64,000 bases of DNA, from IMG/VR virus record IMGVR_UViG_3300046526_000409, positions 1 to 64,000 of that record, one strand, 5' to 3'. Origin of the DNA: a virus (taxonomy: Duplodnaviria > Caudoviricetes). Both the position numbers and the translations under genes were made by a program. Numbering within the stretch: the first letter of the stretch is position 1; every line of letters begins with the position of its first letter. The notes beneath the pieces were generated by a model that did not search any database, was not told where the DNA came from, and saw nothing but the letters and a program-made list of their open reading frames with translations. Shown here piece after piece: positions 55,552-64,000 of this stretch.

Positions 55552-57179
55552 TGTTCACCGGAGTCCTGCACCCCTACCAGTCCGACGACGTCGACCGCAT
55601 CGTCGACCGCGGCTCCATGCTCGCCGCCTACGGCATGGGTACCGGCAAGACCGTTATGGCCATCGCCGCCGCCGAGATGCTCATGGACACCGACCGCCAC
55701 ATCACCTGCATGGTCGTCGTGCCGGCCGCCCTGAAGTGGCAGTGGGCCGAACGCATTGCCCAGTTCACCGACGTCGACACCAAGCGGCGCCCCGTGGGCA
55801 AGGCGCACATCACCGTGCCGGCCGACCACCACTGCACCGTCATCAACGGAACACCGGAACAGAAGAGGAAGCAGTTCGCGTTCATCCGCGAGCACCAGCC
55901 GGACTATGTCATCACCGCCTACGAGAACCTCGTCCACGACTGGACGCAGGTGCGGAAGATCAAGCCCGGCATCGTGGTGGCTGACGAGGCTTCCCTCATC
56001 AAGACCTTCAACGCCGACCGCACCCGCAAGATCAAGCGCATCAACAGCGAGCACCGCATCGGCCTGACCGGAACAGTCATGGACAACGGTTCCCCGGAAG
56101 AGCTGTTCAGCGTCTTCCAGTGGATCGACCCGGAAGTCCTCGGACCGTGGGACTACTTCGACCCCGCCTTCATCGTGCGCAGCAAGAGGGGAGGCTTCCC
56201 CGTCGCGTACAAGAACCTTCCCCTTCTGCACCAGAAGGTGAGCGCCGCTATGGTCCGGAAGACTCGGGAAGACCCTGACGTGGCGCAGTACATGCCGAAG
56301 GTGGAGCGCAGCACGCTGCTCGTCGACCTCGACCGGGACACCGCCAAGGTCTACCGGCGCATCGCCAAGGACACCCTGTTCGAGATCACCAAGGCTTCCG
56401 GTCACGGCTCCGGCAGCATCGACCTGGCGGCCCTGTACTCGGGCAAGGCCAAGCCGACCGAAGACACCGCCCAGGGACGCGTGATGGGGCGCCTGCTGGC
56501 CCTCCACATGCTGGTGAACCACCCCGGTCTCATCCGCGACAGCGCCGCGCGCTACGAGGCCGGCAAAGGCGGCAGCAAGTACTGCCTCACGCTGGTGGAG
56601 TCCGGGCTCCTCGACGACCTGGACCACTCGCCCAAGCTGGAGGAACTGACCCGCCTTCTGCGGAAGGAACTGATGCGTGACGGCGACCTGAAGGTCGTGG
56701 TCTTCTCGTTCTTCAAGGGCATGCTCAAGCTGATCAGCGAGGCGCTGCCGCAGTACCGGTCGGTGTCTTTCACCGGAGACCACAGCGCACTCAAGAAGGC
56801 AGAAGCCAAGGCGCTCTTCTCCTACGAGAAGGACGTGCGACTCTTCCTGGCTTCCGGTGCCGGCGGCTACGGCCTGGACCTTCCGGAAGCCCGCATCCTC
56901 GTCAACTTCGACCAGCGGGACTCAGCCGGCGCGCAGGACCAGCAGGACACACGACACGTCCGCGCCTCCAGCCAGCACGAGACGGTCCAGGTGATCGACC
57001 TCATGGCGGCCGGCTCGGTCGAGGAACGCCGCAGCCAGCGCCGGCAGTTCAAGACCCGCACGACCGCGGCCATCCTCGACGGCCAGGGCGCCGACGCCGA
57101 CGGCCGGGTGGTCAACGACGTCGAGAGCCTCCGGGAAAACCTGGAGCGCTCCCTGAGTCAGCTCCCGCTGGCCGCCTGA
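55551..57179 (+). CDS. SNF2-family helicase
   Basis: GMGTGKT, DEAS, LTGT, SPKL, GLDL. Confidence 0.9.
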   Translation: MFTGVLHPYQSDDVDRIVDRGSMLAAYGMGTGKTVMAIAAAEMLMDTDRHITCMVVVPAALKWQWAERIAQFTDVDTKRRPVGKAHITVPADHHCTVINGTPEQKRKQFAFIREHQPDYVITAYENLVHDWTQVRKIKPGIVVADEASLIKTFNADRTRKIKRINSEHRIGLTGTVMDNGSPEELFSVFQWIDPEVLGPWDYFDPAFIVRSKRGGFPVAYKNLPLLHQKVSAAMVRKTREDPDVAQYMPKVERSTLLVDLDRDTAKVYRRIAKDTLFEITKASGHGSGSIDLAALYSGKAKPTEDTAQGRVMGRLLALHMLVNHPGLIRDSAARYEAGKGGSKYCLTLVESGLLDDLDHSPKLEELTRLLRKELMRDGDLKVVVFSFFKGMLKLISEALPQYRSVSFTGDHSALKKAEAKALFSYEKDVRLFLASGAGGYGLDLPEARILVNFDQRDSAGAQDQQDTRHVRASSQHETVQVIDLMAAGSVEERRSQRRQFKTRTTAAILDGQGADADGRVVNDVESLRENLERSLSQLPLAA

Positions 57180-57337
57180 TTCTCCAAGGCGAGGATCTGC
57201 GCCTCGAACTCCGGAGGAACGAGGAAGCCGGCGGTGCGCCCACTGCGTGTGATCCGGACGAACTTGCCCCGGTGCTGGACCTCGTTGAGGAGGCTCGCGA
57301 ACTCCTCGCGAGCCTGCTGAGTCGGCTTCTCTTCCAT
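57158..57337 (-). CDS. Phd/YefM-family antitoxin-like DNA-binding protein (59 aa, not in ORF track)
   Basis: MEEKPTQQAREEFASLLNEVQHRGKFVRITRSGRTAGFLVP. Confidence 0.8.
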   Translation of the reverse strand: MEEKPTQQAREEFASLLNEVQHRGKFVRITRSGRTAGFLVPPEFEAQILALENQAASGS

Positions 57338-57346
57338 AAACGCCAG

Positions 57347-57386
57347 CTTACAGACCTGAAGGTGCCGTAAGGTCTGTAAGGTCTGG
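57347..57386. promoter_or_regulatory. Operator repeats in a divergent promoter
   Basis: CTTACAGACCT / AGGTCTGTAAG inverted repeat plus tandem TAAGGTCTG. Confidence 0.7.
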
Positions 57387-57478
57387 TAGCTTTCGCAGCG
57401 TCAGATACCTACTCGGAAAACAAGAAGACGGCCTGGGGTGCACCCCCCAGACCGCCTTGGACAGGAGCCGTAACTCCC

Positions 57479-58357
57479 ATGCAGAACCCTATCCGCCGCC
57501 GCCCCGAGCCGGAGGCCACGTCGGAGACCAAGAAGCCGGCGCGCGTCCCCGGCGAGCGCTTCACCGTCTACTTCGTCGTGGCAATGACCGTCATGGCCAT
57601 CGTCCTGGCGTTCCTCTTCGACTTCGGCAACGTCTGGGCGCTCGCGGCCAGCCTTGGCGTCCCTGAGCACGTGCAGCCCCTGGTCGCGCCCGCGGTCAGC
57701 CTCTCCTACCTCGGCCTGATGGTCGGCCAGCAGTACCTCGGTCTGCGCGGCTGGAGCGACAAGGAACTCCGCCGGCCGCGCGCCTGGCTCATCCTCATGG
57801 GCGTCATGACCTACGGCCTCAACTGCGCGGACGCCTTCATGCGCCGTGCGTACGGCGAGGGCCTCTTCGACGCGGTGATGCCCACCCTGCTCCTGATCTG
57901 GGGCGAGATCGGACCGTGGCTCATGCGGCAGGTGCACTTCGCCCGCACCGAGTACGCCGAAGCCCACGTCACCCCCGAGCCGGCTGTCGAGGCAGACGGG
58001 CGTGTCGACTACCTGGAGCGTGCTGTGGAGGAGCTGCTCGGAGAGCTGATGTCCAAGGAGTACGAGGACGACCGGCCCAAGCCCCGTGGCCGGCGCCAGT
58101 CGACGCTGCGGCCGACGGCCCGCGAGTTCATCTGGAACTGGCTCAACGACGGCAAGGTCTACAGCGACCACCCGGCTGCCGCCTGGCACAAGGCGCTGCG
58201 CGAGCAGATGGGGGAGGACGCGCCGACCGTCGAGCGCTGCCGGCAGATCATGCGGGAGGAGTTCGACAAGATCGAGGCCCTGTGGGGCAAGGCCAAGGAG
58301 AACTCGGAGAACGTCGATGAGCACATCAAGGCGATGGAGGATGCGCTGAGCGCCTGA
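57479..58357 (+). CDS. DUF2637/Spd-like membrane protein with C-terminal helical domain
   Basis: 4 TM helices; LA..LG......VAPAV; resembles Streptomyces plasmid spread proteins. Confidence 0.65.
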   Translation: MQNPIRRRPEPEATSETKKPARVPGERFTVYFVVAMTVMAIVLAFLFDFGNVWALAASLGVPEHVQPLVAPAVSLSYLGLMVGQQYLGLRGWSDKELRRPRAWLILMGVMTYGLNCADAFMRRAYGEGLFDAVMPTLLLIWGEIGPWLMRQVHFARTEYAEAHVTPEPAVEADGRVDYLERAVEELLGELMSKEYEDDRPKPRGRRQSTLRPTAREFIWNWLNDGKVYSDHPAAAWHKALREQMGEDAPTVERCRQIMREEFDKIEALWGKAKENSENVDEHIKAMEDALSA

Positions 58358-58366
58358 CATCCCCAC

Positions 58367-58402
58367 GAGGCCCCGGTGGACGCACACGCCACCGGGGCTT
58401 CC
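58367..58402 (+). terminator. Terminator
   Basis: GCCCCGGTGG...CCACCGGGGC. Confidence 0.7.
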
Positions 58403-58566
58403 TGCTGTCCAGCAACTAGACGCACAACTTGTTCTTCAACTTGTTCCTCAAGGGTGTTAGTCTTTGATCAGTCGCCAGGGCGCGCCCTCGATCTGCGGTG
58501 GTCTGTTGTTACCGCGCAGTCAGCCGCCCTGGCGACGTTGTCCCTACACGTACTTGAGGAGACGGC

Positions 58567-59064
58567 GTGGATTTCTCTGACGCCCCGGCAGAGTCGGTTC
58601 TGACCGCGAACACGCCGGAATCCGGATTCGAACGCAAGGCTGCCCAGTGGGCCGTGATCAAGCACCGCGTCGACACCCAGACGACGCTGCTGAACAAGCT
58701 GCGCGACGACATGACGGCCGACCTGCGACAGGTCGGCATCCAGGACGAGAAGGGCAGCTACATCATCGAGCTGCCCCGCCAGCTACGGGTCGGTGACAAG
58801 CCGTTCAAGGGCATGAAGCTGGAGCGGTACACCACCCAGGGGCTGAACGAGGACGAGGCCGAGGACATCGCCCGTGACGTCGACAACGCCTCCGTCACCA
58901 ACGGGGTCCCCGCCGTCGTCTACGAGCGGCTCTTCCCCATGGTCCGCCAGTTCGACCCCCAGGAGGCGTACGTCCTCTACCAGGAGGGGCTCCTGACGGA
59001 CGACCACATGGAGCGGATCTTCCCGGAGAAGGAAGGCTTCCGGTTCAAGCGGGTGGACGCATGA
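58567..59064 (+). CDS. Hypothetical phage protein (coiled-coil N-terminus)
   Basis: RBS GAGGAG + GTG. Confidence 0.75.
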   Translation: MDFSDAPAESVLTANTPESGFERKAAQWAVIKHRVDTQTTLLNKLRDDMTADLRQVGIQDEKGSYIIELPRQLRVGDKPFKGMKLERYTTQGLNEDEAEDIARDVDNASVTNGVPAVVYERLFPMVRQFDPQEAYVLYQEGLLTDDHMERIFPEKEGFRFKRVDA

Positions 59065-59549
59065 GGGACTGGGACAGCGAGTTCGCGAGCATCGCCGACC
59101 CGCAACCACCGACGAAGTTCTATCCCGGCTCCACTCGCCGCATCTCACGCCGGCCCGTGCACACGCAGGCCGACCTCCGCTCGGACGCGGTCGCGCATCT
59201 CGACCCGGACCGCTGGGACGCCAAGCCGCAGGTCAAGCCGTTCGCCGGCGGCTACCGCGAGTTCTTCGGCATCGGCGACCTCGCCAAGGCTCTGCGGCGG
59301 GACGCCGTGACGATCCGAAAGTGGGAGGCCGGCGGGGTCATCCCGAAGGCCACCTACGTCATCAGCGGCAAGACAGCCAATGGCAACCGCCGCCTCTACA
59401 CCCGCGAGCAGATCAACGTCATGGTCCGCATCGCGGAAGAGGAAGGGCTGTTCGACGGCGACCCCCGAGGCATCCGCATCACGGACACCCGGTTCACCGC
59501 ACGTGTCACGGAAGCGTTCGAGCAGCTCAGGCAGAAGGAGGCGGCGTGA
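59061..59549 (+). CDS. MerR-type HTH DNA-binding protein
   Basis: IGDLAKALRRDAVTIRKWE..G.IP...RRLYT. Confidence 0.85.
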   Translation: MRDWDSEFASIADPQPPTKFYPGSTRRISRRPVHTQADLRSDAVAHLDPDRWDAKPQVKPFAGGYREFFGIGDLAKALRRDAVTIRKWEAGGVIPKATYVISGKTANGNRRLYTREQINVMVRIAEEEGLFDGDPRGIRITDTRFTARVTEAFEQLRQKEAA

Positions 59550-59770
59550 AGCCGGTCGTGGAGTACGAGAAGACCGTGACCGAGCGCTTCAACCTCGGCT
59601 CCTACGAGCACATCGAGGTGACCGCCCGGGTCAAGTCGACGGACCCGCGCGTCCTGGACGACGCCATCGACGAACTGCTGGAGCGCGAGCGGCGGATGGC
59701 GGCCGACCTCACCACCGAGGACAACAGCTTCGCGCACGTCCACCCCGCCATCACCGACGACGAGGACTGA
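59546..59770 (+). CDS. Small conserved actinophage protein
   Basis: FNLGSYE motif; RBS GGAGG. Confidence 0.7.
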   Translation: MKPVVEYEKTVTERFNLGSYEHIEVTARVKSTDPRVLDDAIDELLERERRMAADLTTEDNSFAHVHPAITDDED

Positions 59771-59771
59771 T

Positions 59772-60626
59772 ATGGCCCGAGCCGAACTCGACGACATCTT
59801 CGAGGAAGACGCACCCACCACCCGCGGAGCCGGCCGCAGCCGGCGAAGCTCGCTCGACGAGGACGACGCCCCCAAGACGCGACGCGGTCGAAAGGCTCAG
59901 GGCCGCGACGCATTCGAAGAGGACGACGACACCCCGACCAAGGGCAGGGAGCGCGGCAACTCCGCCCGCAAGCAGGGAGCCTCAGCCGGCTGGGGAGCCT
60001 TCGACGAGGTCGCCGGCAGCGGCGGCCAGGACTTCGAGGCCAAGAACGAGATGCGCCTGGAGATCACCAAGGATCCCCAGCTCATCCGCCTGCTGGAGCC
60101 CGAGCCGTTCGACTCCTACGAGTACCACTACGTCCGGGAGATCACCTCCGGCAAGCGCTCCTTCCGGGGGCTCGCGCCGAAGGACGACTGTCCGCTCTGC
60201 GACGACCTCGACCACTACGGCCGCAAGGTCGCCACCTTCAACGTCGGCGTCTGGGACGAGGACGACAAGAAGTGGATCCACAAGGTCTGGGAGGTCGGCA
60301 TCCGTGCCGCTCGCACCCTCCAGGCCATCGCCAAGGACCCCAAGAAGGTCGGGCGGGACCACGTCGGCGACCTCACCGCGCCGCAGCTCTACATCGCCGT
60401 CCACAAGACCGGCAAGGGCACCAAGACCGAGTACCACGTCGAGGCAGTCAAGGCCCGCGACGTCGACTCCGACTGGGACGCCGACGAGCTGAACGACGCC
60501 GATCACGAGCGACTGTCCAAGTCCTGCTACTCGGAAGCCTGGGAGCGCCACTGCACCCGCGCCGAGCTGGAGGCCGCCGTGCAGAAGGTCCTCAACGGCG
60601 TGGACGACGACGAGGACGACGACTAG
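59772..60626 (+). CDS. ssDNA-binding protein (gp32-like)
   Basis: H...CPLC zinc site, KTGKGTKTEY, acidic tail DDDEDD. Confidence 0.75.
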   Translation: MARAELDDIFEEDAPTTRGAGRSRRSSLDEDDAPKTRRGRKAQGRDAFEEDDDTPTKGRERGNSARKQGASAGWGAFDEVAGSGGQDFEAKNEMRLEITKDPQLIRLLEPEPFDSYEYHYVREITSGKRSFRGLAPKDDCPLCDDLDHYGRKVATFNVGVWDEDDKKWIHKVWEVGIRAARTLQAIAKDPKKVGRDHVGDLTAPQLYIAVHKTGKGTKTEYHVEAVKARDVDSDWDADELNDADHERLSKSCYSEAWERHCTRAELEAAVQKVLNGVDDDEDDD

Positions 60627-60702
60627 ACCACCTGACCGGCCGCCCCTCACCTGTCACCCTCCTCCGGGTGGGGGGCGGCCACCCCGCAGCTAAGGACCAC
60701 AC

Positions 60703-61899
60703 ATGCCGATCCTCGGCCTGTGCGCGGGATTCGGCGGCCTAGAAATCGCGGTTGAGGAACTCACTGGCGAGCGCGTCGCCTACCTGGCAGAGATCGACCG
60801 CTACGCCGCCCAGATCCTTGCGCACCACCACCCCGACATCACCAACCTCGGGGACATCACCTCCTTCGACTGGGCCGAACTCATCGGCCAGGTCGACATC
60901 ATCTGCGCGGGCTTCCCGTGCCAGGACATCTCCAACGCAGGCCACAGGAAGGGAATCGATGGCGAGAAGTCGGGCGTCTGGCGAAACGTCGCCGAAGCCG
61001 TTCGCGTACTTCGACCGCGGCTCGTCTTCCTGGAGAACGTCTCCGCCATCGCCCGACGAGGACTCGACCGAGTACTCGGGGACCTGGCCGCGATCGGGTA
61101 CGACGCGCGATGGATGTGCTTTCGAGCTTCCGAAGTTGGAGCAGCCCACCATCGCGACAGATGGTTCTGCGTTGCCTTCCCTTCTGCCGACGCCCCTGGC
61201 GCGGGACTGGAAGGCCGGGACGGGCAACCGTCACGGGAAGATGAGCCGGCCTCTAAGCGAGGTCGCCTTGCTCTTGCCGGCGGAACCCCTTCCGATGGCG
61301 ATGCTTCCGACACCGAGGGCCAGCGACGGCCCGAAGGGCGCACCGAACCAGCGGGACAGCAGCGGACGCTATACGCACTTGCCGGCGGCCGTGGTGCATC
61401 TCCTGCCGACCCCGATTGCCGGGGACAGCAAGAACACGGGCAACCTGAAGCAGGACGGGACGCCGTACGGGAACCGCCCACGCCCCACGCTGACGGACGC
61501 TGTGCGCCATCTCCTGCCGACTCCCACAGCGTCCGACGGCAAGGGCGGCGCGGGACACGCCCCCGGCTCGACTGGGTCGATGAACCTCCGCACCCTCGTC
61601 ACTCACCTGCCGAGTGGTGGGGGGAGTACGCGCCGGCCATCCACCGATGGGAAGCCATCACCGGAGTTCAGGCGCCGTACCCGACCGAAATTGGGCCCAG
61701 AGGCGGACGCCGCCTAACCGCGGTCTTCGCCGAGTGGCTGATGGGCATCCCCGGACGCGTCACCAGCGTCCCCGGCCTCAGCCGCTCCCAGCAACTCCAC
61801 AAGATCGGCAACGGGGTCGTACCCCACCAGGCATGGGCTGCCTACCGCCTGATCCTCCTGGAGTTGTTGCTCGCAGAACGAATCCAACTCGCAGCTTGA
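60703..61899 (+). CDS. C5-cytosine DNA methyltransferase (catalytic frame)
   Basis: LCAGFGG, GFPCQD, ENV, HHRDRWF, EWLMG, IGNGV. Confidence 0.93.
   Translation: MPILGLCAGFGGLEIAVEELTGERVAYLAEIDRYAAQILAHHHPDITNLGDITSFDWAELIGQVDIICAGFPCQDISNAGHRKGIDGEKSGVWRNVAEAVRVLRPRLVFLENVSAIARRGLDRVLGDLAAIGYDARWMCFRASEVGAAHHRDRWFCVAFPSADAPGAGLEGRDGQPSREDEPASKRGRLALAGGTPSDGDASDTEGQRRPEGRTEPAGQQRTLYALAGGRGASPADPDCRGQQEHGQPEAGRDAVREPPTPHADGRCAPSPADSHSVRRQGRRGTRPRLDWVDEPPHPRHSPAEWWGEYAPAIHRWEAITGVQAPYPTEIGPRGGRRLTAVFAEWLMGIPGRVTSVPGLSRSQQLHKIGNGVVPHQAWAAYRLILLELLLAERIQLAA
60959..61717 (+). CDS. Nested +1-frame polypeptide of the methyltransferase (beta-subunit-like, repeated TRD-like units)
   Basis: RBS AGGAAGGG + ATG 60959; TWPRSG; four [LM]LPTP..[RSG]D repeats. 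Confidence 0.7.
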   Translation: MARSRASGETSPKPFAYFDRGSSSWRTSPPSPDEDSTEYSGTWPRSGTTRDGCAFELPKLEQPTIATDGSALPSLLPTPLARDWKAGTGNRHGKMSRPLSEVALLLPAEPLPMAMLPTPRASDGPKGAPNQRDSSGRYTHLPAAVVHLLPTPIAGDSKNTGNLKQDGTPYGNRPRPTLTDAVRHLLPTPTASDGKGGAGHAPGSTGSMNLRTLVTHLPSGGGSTRRPSTDGKPSPEFRRRTRPKLGPEADAA

Positions 61900-61918
61900 T
61901 ACGGAAGGACCACGAGAC

Positions 61919-63865
61919 GTGCGCGACGTCATCCTGACGATGGCAAACCTCGAAGAGGCTGTCGCGTACTTCTCGCGGTACGACGAGTTCGTCATCGACA
62001 TCGAGACCGTCGGACCCCACCGAGGCGTCCCGGTCGCCAACGAAATCCTGTGGGTGGCCCTGGCCACCTACGGGCGTGCCGTCGTCATCCCGTTGGGACA
62101 CCCCAACGGCGACCGCCTGATAAGCAAGGCGACCTGGCGCAAGAACAAGAAGACCGGGGAACGGGAGACCATCCCCGCGGTGTGGAGTGCCCCGCCCAAG
62201 CAGCTCCGCCCGAGCCAGGTCTTCAAGGCACTGGAGCCCCTGCTCTTCTCCAGCCGGCGAAAGGTCGCCCACAGCGCCACCTTCGACCTCGGCAGCCTCG
62301 CGAAGTACTACGGCGGGCGGATCCCGCCCAAGCCCTACGGCTGCACCCTGGTCGGCTCCTGGCTGCTCGACGAGAACCGCCTCAACGGCCTGAAGACCCT
62401 CGTCGAGAAGCGGTACAAGCACAAGTACGACACGGAGAACGTCGGCAAGGAAGTCGAGAAGTACGGCTTCACCAAGGTCGCCCGGTACGCCTACCTCGAC
62501 GCCAAGTACACCTGGCTGCTGTGGCGGGTGATGTGCGGCGACCTGGTCGAGCAGGACCTCTCCCGCATCATGGCGCTCGAACTCAGCGTCACCGAAGTGC
62601 TCCTCGACATGCACCCCACAGGCGCGTGCATCGACGAGGATCGGCTCCTGGAGCTGGAGCACGAACTCGTCATCAAGCTGGAGGAGATCAAAACCCGCCT
62701 CTTCCGGGCGGCCGGCAAAGTCTTCAACGTAGGTTCTCCGCCGCAGCGCCAGGACATCCTCTATCTGTCCAAGGCCCAAGGGGGCCAGGGCCTCAAGCCC
62801 ATCAAGCTCACCGACGGCGGCAGGGCCAAGAAGCGCAACGGCGAGAAGATCGGCTTCCGGGACTGGAGCACCGACGCCGAGACGCTGGAGGCATACCCGG
62901 AGAACGAGGTCTGCCGGATCCTCCTGGAGTACGCCGAGGTCGACAAGCTCCTGTCGACGTACGTCTACGGCTACCTCGGCAAAGCCGACCAGCCCCGCCG
63001 CGTCTTCAAAGGGCGCATCCACCCGATCTTCAAGCAGTACGGCGCCCGCACCGGCCGCTTCTCCTGCTCGGCCCCGAACCTTCAGAACGTCCCGAGGCCA
63101 GGCACCGAACTGGGCACCAAGGTCCGGTCGTTGTTCATCGCGCCCAAGGGCCACAAGCTCCTCATCGCCGACTGGGGACAGATCGAGCTGCGGGTGCTCG
63201 CGCACTACCTCGGCCGCGGTGCCCTGTACGAGGGCTTCCTGGCCGGCGTGGACGCCCATACCGCCACCGCAGCCCTCGTGTTCGGGGTCTCCTGGGACGA
63301 AGTCACCAAGGAGATGCGTCAGGTCGCCAAGGGCCTCAACTTTGCGATCGTCTACGGCGCAGGCCCGGAGACCGTCGCGGCCATGGCCGGCATCAAGGTG
63401 CGCGAGGCCGAGCGCATCATGCAGATCCACGAGGAGCAGTTCCCCGAGATCTACGAGTTCAAGCGGTCGGTCGTCAACACGGTCCGCAAGCGCCAGTCAC
63501 ACGACCTCACCACGCTCCTCGGACGCAAGCGCCGGCTCCCGGAGATCGCCTCCGGCCTGAAGTGGCTGCGTTCCAAGGGCGAGCGCCGCGCAGTCAACAG
63601 CCTCATCCAGGGCTCCTCGGCCGACCTCATCAAGCTCGCCATGGTCCGGCTCCACAAGGCCATCAAGGAGAGCGGCCACGACGGCATCAAGCTCAGCCTC
63701 ACCGTCCACGACGAACTCGTCGTCATCTGCCCGGAAGACCTGGTCGACGTCGGCTCCAAGATCCTCCAGGAGGCAATGATCGGCGAGGGAATCCAGCACC
63801 TCATCAACGTTCCACTCACCGCCGACGTGGTCGTCTGCGACCGCTGGTCCGAAGCCAAGGATTGA
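61919..63865 (+). CDS. Family A DNA polymerase with 3'-5' exonuclease
   Basis: DIET, TGRFS..PNLQN, DWGQIELR, R..AK..NF.IVYG, VHDE. Confidence 0.96.
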   Translation: MRDVILTMANLEEAVAYFSRYDEFVIDIETVGPHRGVPVANEILWVALATYGRAVVIPLGHPNGDRLISKATWRKNKKTGERETIPAVWSAPPKQLRPSQVFKALEPLLFSSRRKVAHSATFDLGSLAKYYGGRIPPKPYGCTLVGSWLLDENRLNGLKTLVEKRYKHKYDTENVGKEVEKYGFTKVARYAYLDAKYTWLLWRVMCGDLVEQDLSRIMALELSVTEVLLDMHPTGACIDEDRLLELEHELVIKLEEIKTRLFRAAGKVFNVGSPPQRQDILYLSKAQGGQGLKPIKLTDGGRAKKRNGEKIGFRDWSTDAETLEAYPENEVCRILLEYAEVDKLLSTYVYGYLGKADQPRRVFKGRIHPIFKQYGARTGRFSCSAPNLQNVPRPGTELGTKVRSLFIAPKGHKLLIADWGQIELRVLAHYLGRGALYEGFLAGVDAHTATAALVFGVSWDEVTKEMRQVAKGLNFAIVYGAGPETVAAMAGIKVREAERIMQIHEEQFPEIYEFKRSVVNTVRKRQSHDLTTLLGRKRRLPEIASGLKWLRSKGERRAVNSLIQGSSADLIKLAMVRLHKAIKESGHDGIKLSLTVHDELVVICPEDLVDVGSKILQEAMIGEGIQHLINVPLTADVVVCDRWSEAKD

Positions 63866-63867
63866 CA

Positions 63868-64000
63868 ATGAGAACGATTCCCTTCGAAGTCCTCAAGGCC
63901 GAACTGGCTCAGGACCTCAACGCCGGCCGAGCGGAAAACGACCTGCTCGTCAAGAGCGGTCAGGTCGGACGCAGCAGTGATGTGCTCGAAATGGAGCAAC
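63868..64000 (+). CDS. Hypothetical protein, truncated by window end
   Basis: ATG 2 nt after the polymerase stop, open to the end. Confidence 0.5.
   Translation, partial: MRTIPFEVLKAELAQDLNAGRAENDLLVKSGQVGRSSDVLEMEQ

Larger units (their letters stand above)
1..64000. mobile_element. Actinobacterial (Streptomyces-like) contractile-tailed phage/prophage segment; neither end visible
   Basis: Contiguous terminase-portal-scaffold-capsid-sheath-tube-tape measure-baseplate and replication genes; high GC; no host housekeeping genes. Confidence 0.95.

Overview
The whole window is one high-GC, Streptomyces-type tailed phage or prophage segment with a contractile (myovirus/CIS-like) tail. No host housekeeping gene, rRNA, tRNA or CRISPR array is visible. 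Left to right: a 1.75-kb non-coding control region; small accessory genes including a HEPN-motif protein and an Lsr2-like protein; a tyrosine recombinase-DEDDh exonuclease-MazG operon; the terminase; an inserted XRE/HATPase/DUF6415/methyltransferase cassette; portal, scaffold, capsid, neck, sheath, tube, tape measure and baseplate genes; a holin; and a replication module (HTH initiator, DnaC-like loader, DnaB, primase, SNF2 helicase, SSB, C5 methyltransferase, family A polymerase). The most notable signals are at the RNA level and are missing from the ORF track. (1) A 287-nt ORF-less group I intron (23735-24021) splits the major capsid gene, with clear P1, P10 and P7 pairings. (2) A minus-strand promoter is followed by an apparent copy of the actinobacterial rRNA-leader antitermination element (hairpin plus boxA, 311-372) and then a ~245-nt multibranched RNA that is not rRNA. 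(3) Two more minus-strand structured ncRNA candidates flank the terminase and share the 12-mer UCAGCUUCACAG. (4) The methyltransferase is dual-frame, with a second polypeptide nested in the +1 frame. (5) The tail chaperone has a probable +1 frameshift. (6) A 12-bp-periodic operator recurs at six loci. All family assignments come from motif recognition by eye; no database search was run.
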